Part shown: positions 25,601 to 35,895 of the stretch, one piece after another
Numbering within the stretch: the first letter of the stretch is position 1
Layout of the letters: each line of letters opens with the position of its first letter
Origin: Lepidodermella squamata
Taxonomy: Eukaryota > Animalia > Gastrotricha
Direction: 5' to 3'
Length of the DNA stretch: 64,000 nt
Assembly (NCBI GenBank): GCA_047495785.1
Contig: JBLDXI010000004.1
Coordinates: forward strand, 868,001-932,000
The notes under the pieces: model-generated
The model's input: only the letters and a program-made list of their open reading frames with translations
Told to the model about the DNA's origin: nothing
Database searches by the model: none
Program-made: the position numbers and the translations under genes

Positions 25601-26373
25601 CGCTTGGAAAAGCATGGGTAATTATCGATAAGATTCATTATTTTCGCTCTTTCCTCAACCGAACTGTCTGGCATCGTTTCTTTCAGAAACTGAGCCCAAT
25701 CAAATTCCTTCTCACACATCTGTGGAACACAAATGCGATCAATGTCCTCATTATTACAAAATTCATCTTCTAGGTCGTTAAACCATTGCTTGCTGTCATA
25801 CGAGATTACAGGAAGGGATGAACCTTTCTCAGTTAAGTACATCGGCAGGTGGTAGAAATTCGTTGGAGTTTCACCGACTAGCAACACAATCTCACCCTTG
25901 GAAAAGCCGATCGATACTTTGGGCATGTTTATGCACCACGTGGTATTCTTGTCATCGTCTTCAAATTTCAAATTGCCATTTTTATGTTCAGTGATAGCTT
26001 TATTATTTTTCAAAAATGTGCGGCCTAGAATAATAGTATCCTTTAAGACCGTGCTAGCGATAATAAAAGTGTCCCTCAGCTTTTTTGTGCCGAGACTAAA
26101 AGTAAGCGTGACTTGCCCTTCATGTGGCAGATCAGTGCCATTGCCGCATTTCAAAATGACTGGGCATTTTTCAATATTTACATCAGTAAGTTGTTTCACA
26201 ACACTCATTGGAATCAAATTGTATTTACATCCCGTGTCGACAACACAAACTTTCTCAATGCTTCCAGGAAGAGTTATCACATAAGCCAGCATATCACGAC
26301 TGCCTTCAGCTTCAGGTGATAAAAGGAAATTATTTACATTAGAAGGGCTCTTTTCGACCTGAGGCACATTCAT
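22672..26373 (-). CDS. pol: Gypsy Pol (protease-RT-RNase H-integrase)
   Basis: VVDTGC; RMPFG and LQDD; YTDAS and TDH; H-x6-H...CDLC, D-D-E and GPF. Confidence 0.96.
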   Translation of the reverse strand: MNVPQVEKSPSNVNNFLLSPEAEGSRDMLAYVITLPGSIEKVCVVDTGCKYNLIPMSVVKQLTDVNIEKCPVILKCGNGTDLPHEGQVTLTFSLGTKKLRDTFIIASTVLKDTIILGRTFLKNNKAITEHKNGNLKFEDDDKNTTWCINMPKVSIGFSKGEIVLLVGETPTNFYHLPMYLTEKGSSLPVISYDSKQWFNDLEDEFCNNEDIDRICVPQMCEKEFDWAQFLKETMPDSSVEERAKIMNLIDNYPCFSKRGEVGLAKGVHHKIDFLPETDANKFVIKPKNFSPTQDVIIEEHKNEMLQNNIIRECPHAQFAFYPVLVKKKDSDKLRFTIDFSPMNPFLKPEAQIMPNMPKLIEAAAGHKFYCQIDISSAYWTIPLREEDQEKTAFRTRSGVYCFTRMPFGIKNASNEMQNYVNQLLDGLLYKTCVVLQDDINIWADTIEEMLERLREVLSRILKSGMLLKPQKCRFLVKEVKFLGTIISESGIAADPNKLSSIRNCEPPQTIKKLRAFLGLANFLRNFVPDYAELVSPLTAATGGGKGKGKLKWTDKMLESFEKVKKAFLNPPVLTPPNYNKPFILYTDASNEALGALLCQEVDGKLKLVASASKSLTQAERHYATIKKEAYAIFWSVARKFRQYLLGQTFVIRTDHQPLLALRSLETPNAQMNRWMLELQEFEFQLEYVPGKNQYADALTRCFPSEDQETDFIHLIYLKELSWNFDELSQAQWTDPEIGPVINSKKQGTREVGEIDNPETKKRIDCIMRNFDRLEQDPSRGNAWCKRLPTGELSLLVPREWRKYVMYQSHDAPSGGHFGSNKTIKRVRDHYWWPLMPSDIRHYCQGCDLCQKRKAETRALRGGMKSLMASKPFEMVSIDFVGPINPPTIRGNAHILTIVEHFCHFAQAKPMKTITAEATADALESYFLQYGIPDVLLTDRGTQFESDLIKDFCEKWGIEKVRTTSYYPQGDGVTERYNRVLADTITMMARKYRKNWDKNLDVVTYAFNATAHKATGVSPHEMVFGRKLKDPLYLMCGDNKITQTTSPSEYIEEKMKIMSKIWKEAQTRAKADFESRKKRADANLKPISFKVGDLVRKKVIDRDGKFGDRFAGPFEVVEVFPDNANIVRLKFGESNTDTVNVSKIDLWKNQPEHLIFHPIEEVTEEGEEAIDYSIPNILATDGQKTVPHQYNTRSKARNIDVNPVIENKGTNLLSSAKEKFSSFVNSIFSDTKNK

Positions 26374-26387
26374 CGACCGGGTATCAT

Positions 26388-26397
26388 CTAGTTTTTT
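26388..26397 (-). promoter_or_regulatory. Predicted -1 ribosomal frameshift heptamer A_AAA_AAC before the gag stop
   Basis: gag ends tcA AAA AAC TAG. The -1 frame (AAA AAA CTA GAT GAT ACC CGG TCG ATG) is open into pol. Confidence 0.85.
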
Positions 26398-27476
26398 GAA
26401 TTACTGGTCGGTTGGTTGCGAGGCTTGGGGCAATTACGTTCAATGTGGTAGCGGTCACCACAGTTAAAGCACCCACGAATACTAGGATCACGCCAGTTTG
26501 TGGTTGCAGGTTGATACTGCTGATTATTCCCACTGACTGCAGTTTGAGGAAATCTCCTATTTTGAAACGGAGCATTAGGAGTGTTGGAATAATTAGGCAT
26601 CTGAGGCCTGCTGGGAAACGCCGAAGGTGGCGGATTGAAAGCATGAGGATGGTTGTAGTACACCTGAGGAGCCTGTGTTGAAACTTGAGGAGTATCAAAT
26701 TGTTTTGAAGCTAATTGTTTCTGAAAATCAGTGAACATATTTTTCAGGTCTGAGACTTCACTTGCTAGCTTCTTGTTTTCCGTTTCAGCATTGGTAACAG
26801 AAGAAGTGACCTTGGAAGGTTTAGGATCCTGACCGCTCAATTGACTTGCAGTAATTGGGCCACTTAATTTAGCCTGAGTATTCTTTTTTTCCCAACTCCG
26901 ATTCTCATTTTCAAGAAGCTGAAGAACCGCCGCATATTCAATGTGAGGATCTTTGTCCCATGCTTCAATCAGAATAGTTTGGATTTTCTTATTCGACATG
27001 CCTCCAATTAAGCATTCTGTGGCCCTGTCACACGCATCTCGTCCACCATTTGGGTAGCCGATGGTGACGAAAGACTCTATCTGTGAGATAAACACATCGA
27101 TATTGTCATTCCCTTGAATAAGCTGCTTCAAAAATACACGGGCAGTGCCCTGAGATACGGCAGTGCCTTCAGGCTGGCAGAGTCTAGCAATTGCCGCATC
27201 GAGAGATACGACACGTTTGTTCAATTCCTGAGCGATAATTTCTGCCCTACGCTTATCGACCATTTTCTGAATGATCCTCAATTGCCTTGGAGCGCCTTTG
27301 ATGTTAAAGACCTCCATATAATATTTCACATCAGAGATCCAAGCATTAAAATTGTTCTCATTGGGGTCGAACTTCTGCACCTTATCATGAAGCTTTAACT
27401 CACTATTAGAGATTTGTTCATCATCCGTGTCGGAGTCCTCACGATTGATGAGAAGAGACCTTCGAAAGCTGGCCAT
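26388..27476 (-). CDS. gag: Gypsy Gag
   Basis: 362-aa ORF upstream of pol with a C-terminal CFNCGDRYHIERNC knuckle. Confidence 0.92.
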   Translation of the reverse strand: MASFRRSLLINREDSDTDDEQISNSELKLHDKVQKFDPNENNFNAWISDVKYYMEVFNIKGAPRQLRIIQKMVDKRRAEIIAQELNKRVVSLDAAIARLCQPEGTAVSQGTARVFLKQLIQGNDNIDVFISQIESFVTIGYPNGGRDACDRATECLIGGMSNKKIQTILIEAWDKDPHIEYAAVLQLLENENRSWEKKNTQAKLSGPITASQLSGQDPKPSKVTSSVTNAETENKKLASEVSDLKNMFTDFQKQLASKQFDTPQVSTQAPQVYYNHPHAFNPPPSAFPSRPQMPNYSNTPNAPFQNRRFPQTAVSGNNQQYQPATTNWRDPSIRGCFNCGDRYHIERNCPKPRNQPTSNSKN

Positions 27477-27536
27477 TTTATTTTAATTTATTACAAAAAT
27501 AAGTTGCACAATGAGTCAACACAGAAAAAAATAATT

Positions 27537-27724
27537 CGACTGGAATTTCCTTCAGTCGTCACAAAACAATTTGACTGGAATAGCCTTTTTCGCAAAATAA
27601 TAATAATGGGCTGGAATTTCCTTCAGCCTTGAAAAATTAGCTGGAATGACCTTCAGCTTTTTTTAAACTTTGACTGGAATGGCCGTCAGTCACAATACTT
27701 ATCAACTGGAATTTCCTTCAGTTG
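27537..27724 (-). repeat. Array of six ~20-nt hairpin repeats in the Gypsy 5' leader
   Basis: Units (+ strand): cgactggaatttccttcagtcg, gactggaatagcctt (partial), ggctggaatttccttcagcc, agctggaatgaccttcagct, tgactggaatggccgtcagtca, caactggaatttccttcagttg. Confidence 0.88.
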
Positions 27725-27819
27725 CCAGAAACAGCTTACCACTGTTTTCTATTAAACTTACCTACTGTTGTAAAGAGATGGTGGAATCGATCGTTGATCG
27801 AGCGGAGTCTCGGCGCCAA

Positions 27820-28074
27820 TGAAGGGTTGATATCCCTGACCTGGTTCGGGGGAAACTAATAACAGCGATTAGACTGAATAATATACAAGGCAGTTCAGTA
27901 AAGCAGATCAACTGATATTTTATTGTTATTATTTAGGGCTTTTATAGCCAACAGGACGCCAATTGAACTATAATGATGTGCGTCACGTGATATTACTGTC
28001 ACGAGCGCTAGCTAGAATAATAAGAATGGATTACTGAACTAGTAATTGGGACAGGGAACATAGCGATCCTCTCA
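27820..28074 (-). repeat. 5' LTR
   Basis: Direct repeat of 20895-21149, followed on the minus strand by the PBS-like motif. Confidence 0.96.
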
Positions 28075-30822
28075 GCTATGTATCAGCGATATGTAGTAAG
28101 CAGATAGGCACAAATAGATCGCCAACGTCAAAGAGCACATGACAAGATCGCCAGCTCGAAGCAACGTCATCCTGCCCCATTTGCCGCATAAATAGATTCG
28201 ACTTTTCAGCCGTCTAGCCATCACTTTGTCCTTAATCAAGTTTGCAGTCACGAAATAGTAGATCGTAACCAGAGCAGTCAAAAAGCTTTTAAGCAGCAGA
28301 AAATCGACAAAATTGATGCGTTGCGGGGTGTGTGGTACGCGCCGAGCTACGTCCACCTGAGCGAAAACAAAAGCGAGTAGGATTGTCGCTGCGAACTCAG
28401 GCCTCTCCTTTTTGCTAGGCGGGATCACGAAACTTCCAATAACAATAGCCATCAAAATTTGGCACGGCGCCAAAATCGAAGTGACATAATAATTTGGATT
28501 CCTCGCAAATTCCAGTCGGAACATTGCGTAGCCTGATCTTCCATACTTCAGCGTTGGCGATTCGGTAATTCCTGATTCGTTATAAGTCCTGACCAGCATC
28601 CAAATGCTGTTATCGTTGATGTTAGGCTGGAGCAGTGTCGTGAATAGAAATGTGACAAAAGCTTCAGGTTCTCGAAGTGCAAAGTAGAAGTCACACCATT
28701 GCCTATCGAATGGGAAATTTGTTAGGTCTATAGTGCATTTCGAGTGCATCGAGTGCTGCCGGTTCCAGTAGAAGTACATGGTTCGGTTCGGTTCGGTGGG
28801 GTAGTACTGGATTTGGATATCACTGCCGATTTGAAGCGATTTGTTGCTCATGTAAATGTCACTCGTGCTATTCATCATCAGGAGCTAAAAATGAAGTAAA
28901 AATAAAATCAATTGAACGAATTTGTAATATTTTGATTTCGTATTATCATTAAATTTCATCAAAAATGGAATTTTCGTAGTTTTTAGTAATTCTCCATTTT
29001 TCTATGAGTTTTGGGATTTTTTTTTAATTTATGGACATTTTCGCAATGCTAATGTTTTCACTTTCCGAAATACAAATTTTGACTAGCATTCGTCTGATTT
29101 TTGGAAATCTTCTAATTTTCGATAATTTTAGTTATAGTGGTATATTTCTCACATCAGGGTGCCAAACTAGAGAAGCATCAGTGACGATAACTCGCTCAGC
29201 TTGCATCGCACCTGGGACCGTGGTATCACTCGGGCACACCGTGCTTTTCCACAGCAAATTTGTAGTCGCAGTAATGGAGATAGTTTGCTTCAAATCGTCG
29301 ACATCCAAGATTCTATCAACCGAAAACGTGAAGATGACCTTTGAAGTCGCTGAACCTTGCGATGATCTAGAATCGGGTTGAATATATGGGCATTCCAACA
29401 GCTCTTCCAGAACTACAGTCGGAATTGCGCTGCCCAGTTGAAGGTTCGGGGTGTAGCTGTAATTCTGAGTCAATCCGTTGACAAGAGACGCAAAAACTTC
29501 ATCGCCATCAAAATCCGAACTTAACGCTTGTGATTGGCTGGTTGACCCATCAGTTGATGAAGTAGCTTGGATGCTCGTTATAGAGCCTTGTTGGTAAATT
29601 GTTATAGGCAGAGATTGGATTGGCGAAGTTCCAGGTGCCAGGCTGTAACCAATCGTGGAATTTAAGATCTGAGTGGCTGTAGTGACTGAACCTGCGATTG
29701 AAGCAACACTGATACTGAACTAGTAGAACCTTGAAGAAAGCTCGAGGTTACTGATTGTTGAGATGAGCTCCCCACATTAGTCCCAACGCTCGAGGAGCCA
29801 ATCGATTGAACCAACGTTGACCCTTGATTGCTCGAACTTTGAGTTGATGATTGGACAACTGAACTAGGTACAACAATCGAGCTCAACGAAGCTGCCATTG
29901 AGCTCAAGGAGCTGCTCGTAGTTGGGCTAGAACTTCCTACTGAGCTGGATAATGCTGTCGAGGTATCCGAAGCTATCGAACTTGAAGATGACGGACCTTC
30001 CGAGCTGGAGCTTGTAAAAATCGAACTTTGGCTTGAAGAATCAGCAGTAGAGGAAGATTCGATTTGGCTAGAAGAATACGTTGAACCAGGGTCTTGAGTT
30101 GCCGGATTCAGAAATGGAACAGAGACTGTTTCCGAAGTAGGAGACGTAGACTGAAGAGCTGAAATCGAGGAGATCGAAGGGCTTGTTGCTTGGGTTGACG
30201 AACTGCCTGCAACAAGATTTGTTTGTTGGCTCGATAATGAAGTCATCAATGATGAGGTTGAGATGCTCAGGCTAGAAGACGTCGCAGCTCCGGTGGAAAG
30301 GCTCGAAGCTGTTGAACCGAGGCTTGAAGTTGTTAAACTCGATGATGAAGCAGACTGGGTAGTAATTACAGTTGTCGATTGAGTCGTAGTCGAAGTTGTA
30401 GAAGTCGGGCAAACTATTGCTGAAGAATTACTCGATAAAGCATCGATTTGAAACACCGAAAGCTGCGAAACAGTGACGGCGTAGTTGTTGTTCTGCCGAG
30501 TCACGTGACTCATTTGAAAATCTAGCCCAGCGACCAGTGAGCTCCCGAACCACGGAACAGGCCAATTGTTGAAGCAAACAACCGGCGTCGATGTGTTTGA
30601 TGCCGCGAATGTGACTAGCAGGTCGTCATTAACAGTTTGAATCGTGAATATTGCCCCGCTTTGAAGTTGAGCGACTGAAGCAGTGCATCGAGCGCAGGAT
30701 ATTTGATAGGGCGGTGGGTACAGTGGGGTTGAGGTTGCGCTAACCGAATAAACTGGGTAAATATCGACTGATGTTGTACCCCTGGCTGCAAGGACTAGAA
30801 ACAGGCCGGAACCAATGATCAT
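28072..30822 (-). pseudogene. Divergent Cys-loop ligand-gated ion channel (nAChR-like) subunit with an N-terminal extension and mucin stalk; one frameshift
   Basis: Exon 30822-29153 (frameshift near 29705) and exon 28884-28072. VWHPD|LLMMNS across the intron, Cys-loop CTIDLTNFPFDRQWC, RNPNYY pre-M1 motif and four hydrophobic helices. Confidence 0.82.
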
Positions 30823-31058
30823 GTCGGAATTCGAAGATCCAACTGGTTAATTTATAAATTATATTAAATTGCATGCAAAATTGAAGAAAAATAGAAAAAA
30901 TTTGAACCCTTGAAATTGAACAGAAAATTCCATTCAAAATTAGTAAAAAAAAAAAATTTGTTTGAATTTTTATAATTCATTAGTAATATGAATTTATTAG
31001 CTTTGAATTTGTACATTTAAGAAATTTTCAAAAAACGTTTGAAATAAATGAACAATTA

Positions 31059-33058
31059 TTATATCAACCAACTTATTGAGACGGGTGAATTTCGTGGTGT
31101 TACACCAACTGCGAATCTCGAACCATCAGGTGTCGCAGCGTTGATAGACGTCCCCGATTCCCATTTGATGGTGAACTCAAATCTCACATTCGGTCCAGTT
31201 GCAGGTACGACTGAATAAATAGCGCGGCTTTCAATGAAATTAACGTTGCTGAAACCGAATTTCGGCCCGCCTGAACTCGTCCAATCAACATCTCCAATCG
31301 ACGTCCATCTCGCAGCTTGGCAAATGCTGTTGCCCGAGGTGAAAGAAAAATTTGCCATGTAATCAACAGTTCTCGTTTGGAGGTCTGGCAACCCTGCAAG
31401 GTAGTAATTCGGCTGATTTGGCGGGGTTGCGGGTAAACTAGCTGTTGCATTCATGCCGAATATGTTGAGCTTAATGACTTTCAAACTCGCCAACTGGTTG
31501 CGAAATGCAGCAAAGTTGAACGATGGCATTGGAATCGACGAAGACATTGCTGTGGCGAGTCCTGTTACAGGTTCATTCGACAAACAGTGCGAAACGGCAG
31601 TTACGCCGTTTGAATCAGTTGTAGCCAGTGCAACCTTATGAATAAGATAAAAATGCAACTCGGAGGATCCTCGACCTGAGGGGTACTCGGCCCCGAGTTT
31701 ATCGGACCAAAGGGTCCCACCCTCTGTGGTTTTTGGGGTTTTCTCTCCTAGACCTCTCGGTCTGGGGTGTACATGGTACGGTACACGGTACTTCCGTAGC
31801 CCCTGTACTTCTCACACTGGACTGGTTTTCTCATCATATCTCAGCAGGGTTTTTCAAGAAAATCCTGGACCTTTGCTTTTCTACTTGTGGATGCATAGGA
31901 TTAATGGTGAGCATCCCGCATCAATCCGCTAATATTACTTCTAACATCATCGGTACTTCTTGATACCCAATCGAAATTTGAGACTAATTTCCGTCCTTTC
32001 TTTCCTTAGCTGCAATCACTAACGCTCTTCGAAATGTAAATTGGAATCTTCAAATTAGAGTCAAGCTAGATTCTGATTATTGGCAAGCTCAACGGTGCTT
32101 GGGTTCCAAGCGTTAGTAAACAGCTACGTCTGCTATGCCCCAAAAGCCTTAATGGAGATGGTCGATAATAGAGATGATAATGTGAATGGGTCTGGTTTCT
32201 CAGATTTACGACACTCCAACTCATCATTTATTCAGTGGAACCTTATTGATTCATACGTGAGGCTCTGAAATGGCGATTTTGAAGAGCGGCGATCGAAAAA
32301 AAACAACAATTTCAGAAACTCTAGCCAAAAAATCTTACCGAAAGCAAATCTCGGATGACTTGAACAATGAAGTAGTACTGATAGGTTCCATTCGTAGGTA
32401 AGGCCTGGTTGCAGCTCGAACAGGTCGGCCACAAACCGGTTACATTAGGCGGGAAAAAGCCGGTGTAAACAGATGATGAGAAAATACCAGACATTTTAGA
32501 AGCCTGGTTATTGGGGCAGAATTGATTCCACAGCGACATGCCCTTCAAATTTTTGACTGTGTCATTCGCTGTTCGGTAGAAAACGATGAAATGAATCAGA
32601 GACGAATTTTCAGGTTCGCTTACTGTTGACTGTGAGCACGGATATAGGATTTGTCACAAGCATTGCGAAAGTTGCGCATTTCGATGAAGCAGACACGTTG
32701 GCAACATTTCCGAATTCTATCAAAGCTTCGACCCGAAAATTCGTGGTAATGCCAAACCCCTTTTATTTATAAAATCTGTCTATCGAAAATTGGCTTGATT
32801 CACAAAACAAACCGTTTGAATCCATGTGCTGTTCGATGTGAAAAGGGGCGAAGCCATTTGGTAGCCGTTAGACATGTTTTGACCAGGCAGCCATTGGATC
32901 CAGTTAGCGATGGCTCCAGTTGAGTAGTCGAAGGAGAACTGCGGGATGTGATAGCAAGTCGGATGTGTGATGGGGAGCGGTAGCAAATCAGGGCGAGGCG
33001 TTGAGCCCCAGGCAAACGGGTAAAAACAAAGCAAAACGGCGAAAATCAGCGAATTCAT
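31059..33058 (-). pseudogene. Multi-exon gene for an unknown secreted protein, apparently disrupted
   Basis: Signal peptide MNSLIFAVLLCFYPFAWG and plausible exons ~33058-32813, ~32779-32622 and ~32571-32339. Stops occur in all frames at ~32265-31930, a repeat is inserted at ~31660-31900, and a 199-aa open frame follows at 31658-31059. Confidence 0.5.
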
Positions 33059-33419
33059 AGTTGGCTATTTGAGAATGTTCAAAACACAGTCTGTCGCGAT
33101 TTGTTTCGCTGAACATGTCTACTCAGTTATTACGAGGGCGTTTAGCCGTGGTCACCGTGAATTATTAATGATTTGAAGCTTCGCTATTTGAGTAGTCGAC
33201 TGATTCATTCTAAAATATGTTTTTCATGTTCGAAAATTGATCTTTACCCCTTTTCGAGGGCAAACATGTCTTACTTTCTAGTTCTTTAACGCTATTTTAT
33301 TCGAACTGGAAACTCGCGAACCTACAAGAGAGCCGCGTCGATGACTTTGCGATGTGAATCACAAACTCAATGGGAATCGTGTTTCAGTCATTTTGGAAGG
33401 TTCCGATTGATAGAACTCT

Positions 33420-35029
33420 TCAAAATATGCCGAATTCTATTTCGACGTTCATCAGGCACATCTCGCCGATCGTTTTGCACTGAAATGACTCGCATAAAGC
33501 GTATGGTCGTTGATCGCCACAATAAGACGATACAGAGAAAGAGCTGCCAGATGCAGAGGCACCATAAAGACGCAGCCATCGCTAACTTGGCCCGACCATT
33601 GATCGGCAACAAATGCGAAATTGGAGCCATCATCCCACTTGAATGCGCCATTCGACCGAGTGGAGAATTCAACACTCGCCTAGCCTCAGCCAGTTCGGCA
33701 TCTGACCTGATCGTGGCTAAGGTACGCCCAGTGTTTGCGCATGAGTTTGCTGCGTCACTTTTAGCGGCATCTTCGCTCAGTTCCACCGGGGAGTAAGACT
33801 TAACCACAGATGTACAACGGGTCTTGTCCGGATAGATGGCATTAGCGGGAATTCGAAGCTGGCTGGCCGCATCGCAGCCAGTTGTATTCGCAACACATTG
33901 TTGTCAACGCAACGGAAATAGGCCGCCTGCAAATAAAAAGCGCATGATAGCGCGTCTCAATTAAAGTCTAACTATGAAGGAACCCCGAGCATACGGTCAA
34001 GTTTGATCGGTGAGGATGAGTTGGTAATTCGGACGGTTGGCGAAAAATCGGTGGTTCGACTTGTTGTAGCTCTCAATGGGTAAATCGAGCATTTTGAGCC
34101 CGAAATTTGCAAATCATTAAGGGGGACCCTTACGTTTTTCGAAAATTTTCAAACGAAAGGGGGTCGAAGACTCCTTTGAATGTGCCATAACCACAAACCG
34201 GGTGTGAAATTTCGAATTTCTAAAAGCGAACCTACCGCATATATCATCGATGCGCTTCTCATAATTCAGCTGAAACGTTTGCAAGTCCGCGAACAGCTTT
34301 TCCTGTCATGGGAACGGTTGATAGAGGCAAAACTAGGCATATGTGTTAGTCAGCGTCACCTGCGTAAGGTCTCGAGGGCAGGCTGTGTAGCAAGACAGCT
34401 TTTGCGACGCATCCTTGCACGAGACAGCATTCTGGACAAAAAGCGATTAAAATTACGAATTATTTTCAAGAATATAACTTACTCCTAGCAGGCAAGTCTC
34501 GCGATTGATGTACACTCTGGTCGAGAACTGCCGAGTCTCAATGCTAGCATAGCAGCCAGTGCTCTGCGGTCGGCAGTCGTTGAACTTTCCGGTGGCCGAA
34601 TCAAAGCAGCGAACATGAGGCTTTTCAGTATCGGGAACAGCGGCTGAAATAGCAATAAGTCACAAAACTGTCTTTAATTGCTCAATATCCACTAACCCTC
34701 TCCGTTTGTACAAGACGCAAGATTGGAATGCACAGTTGTTTCGGTGACCTATAATCAAAAAATAAGCTAATCATCACGAAACCGAAGAACATGCGGCTCC
34801 AGCGATGTTGCTCACCCAGTTGTTAGGGCAGGAATACGGGTCTGGAACACAGGTCTTGGTGACGTTGTTCGAGGTGCAGCGCCTGAACTGCAAACTCTGA
34901 AAAATTTAGCGTGCGAATTATAAAAAAATATATGTGAAGTTTCGAAATTCTCACATTGAACACGGCTCGTTTCTTTTCGCACTCGTTGAGGTTGAATCTC
35001 AAGTTGACGAGTGGATTAGAATTCCCAAA
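33420..35029 (-). pseudogene. Paralog C: pseudogene (exons 4-10 only, alpha-type last exon)
   Basis: Exons 4-9 are recognisable. Exon 10 has frameshifting deletions near 33897, near 33662 (loses WVGL) and near 33535. Exon 9 has Cys>Arg. Exons 1-3 were not found upstream. Confidence 0.85.
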
Positions 35030-35051
35030 CTGAATAAAACAAGAAAAACGA

Positions 35052-35895
35052 TTATGAAATCAGCATCGAGTGGTTGGAAAAGTAAACAAATCAGGTGATT
35101 TCGATCGCTCATTATTCTTGAACGATTAGTCATAGTAAACAATTCCCGGCAGATCCAGGTAGCTCTTGAAACGATGAACACATTGATTATTTTTTCGAAA
35201 TTTTAACTATTTTTGAAATGGGGGAAAATCGCAAAAAATGAAATTGATCAATTAATAAAATATGACAACTGCCAATAAGAAGGTGAAATTGAAGGGTATT
35301 TTTAATGGACCAGGTAATTCTGATCACGCTCTACAATTCGATGCTTGGAGCGAGCTTGGAAGATTTTTTTCAGATTTCTAGAATTTTTTATTCATTGAAT
35401 GAATGGTTTTTCCCTACATTTTGACTCTGATCCAGCTCCGGACTCAATCCAGCCACACCATGTGCACATGGCGCACGTGCTGTCAACAAAGATTCTGGAC
35501 AGAATCCAACAGGCTATCTCCATTTTGTAATGTGAAAAACCAAGTGAAATAATTCAAAAAATCATAGAAAATCAGGAAAAAATCTTCCAAGCTCGCTCCA
35601 AGCATCAAAATGTAGAGCTTGATCAGAATTACCAACCCTATTCGCAATATGCTTCAATTTCGATTTAATTATTGGGCAGTGTCGATTTATCTGAAATCAC
35701 AAAATTGTTTTTACGCGATTTTACTCCTTTGTATTTCTCTGAATATTTCGAAAAAATAATGGCAATGTTCACCATTTAAGGCACTATCTGGCACCACCAA
35801 GTTTTTTATCAAGGAAATTTTCGTGAATGAAATATCGGCAATGGAAAAATCACCTGATTTTTTTACTTTTCCAACCACTCGATGCTGATTCATCA
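35052..35895. mobile_element. Foldback/MITE with long imperfect inverted repeats
   Basis: aatcagcatcgagtggttggaaaagtaaa / tttacttttccaaccactcgatgctgatt. A second inverted pair lies at ~35313-35395 / ~35545-35632. Confidence 0.82.

Larger units (their letters stand above)
20895..28074 (-). mobile_element. Full-length Ty3/Gypsy LTR retrotransposon with an extra ORF3
   Basis: 255-bp TG...CA LTRs at 20895-21149 and 27820-28074, identical by eye. PBS-like TTGGCGCCGAGAC next to the 5' LTR and PPT AAGGGAGGGG next to the 3' LTR. Domain order PR-RT-RH-IN. Confidence 0.97.

Noticed and set aside
27537-27724. CRISPR-like array of palindromic repeats
   Set aside because: Spacers are only ~10-15 nt, the repeats vary, there are no cas genes, and the context is a eukaryotic LTR leader.
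84-28074. Diversity-generating retroelement (variable C-lectin folds next to reverse transcriptases)
   Set aside because: Both RTs belong to ordinary LINE and Gypsy elements. I saw no template/variable repeat pair differing only at adenines.
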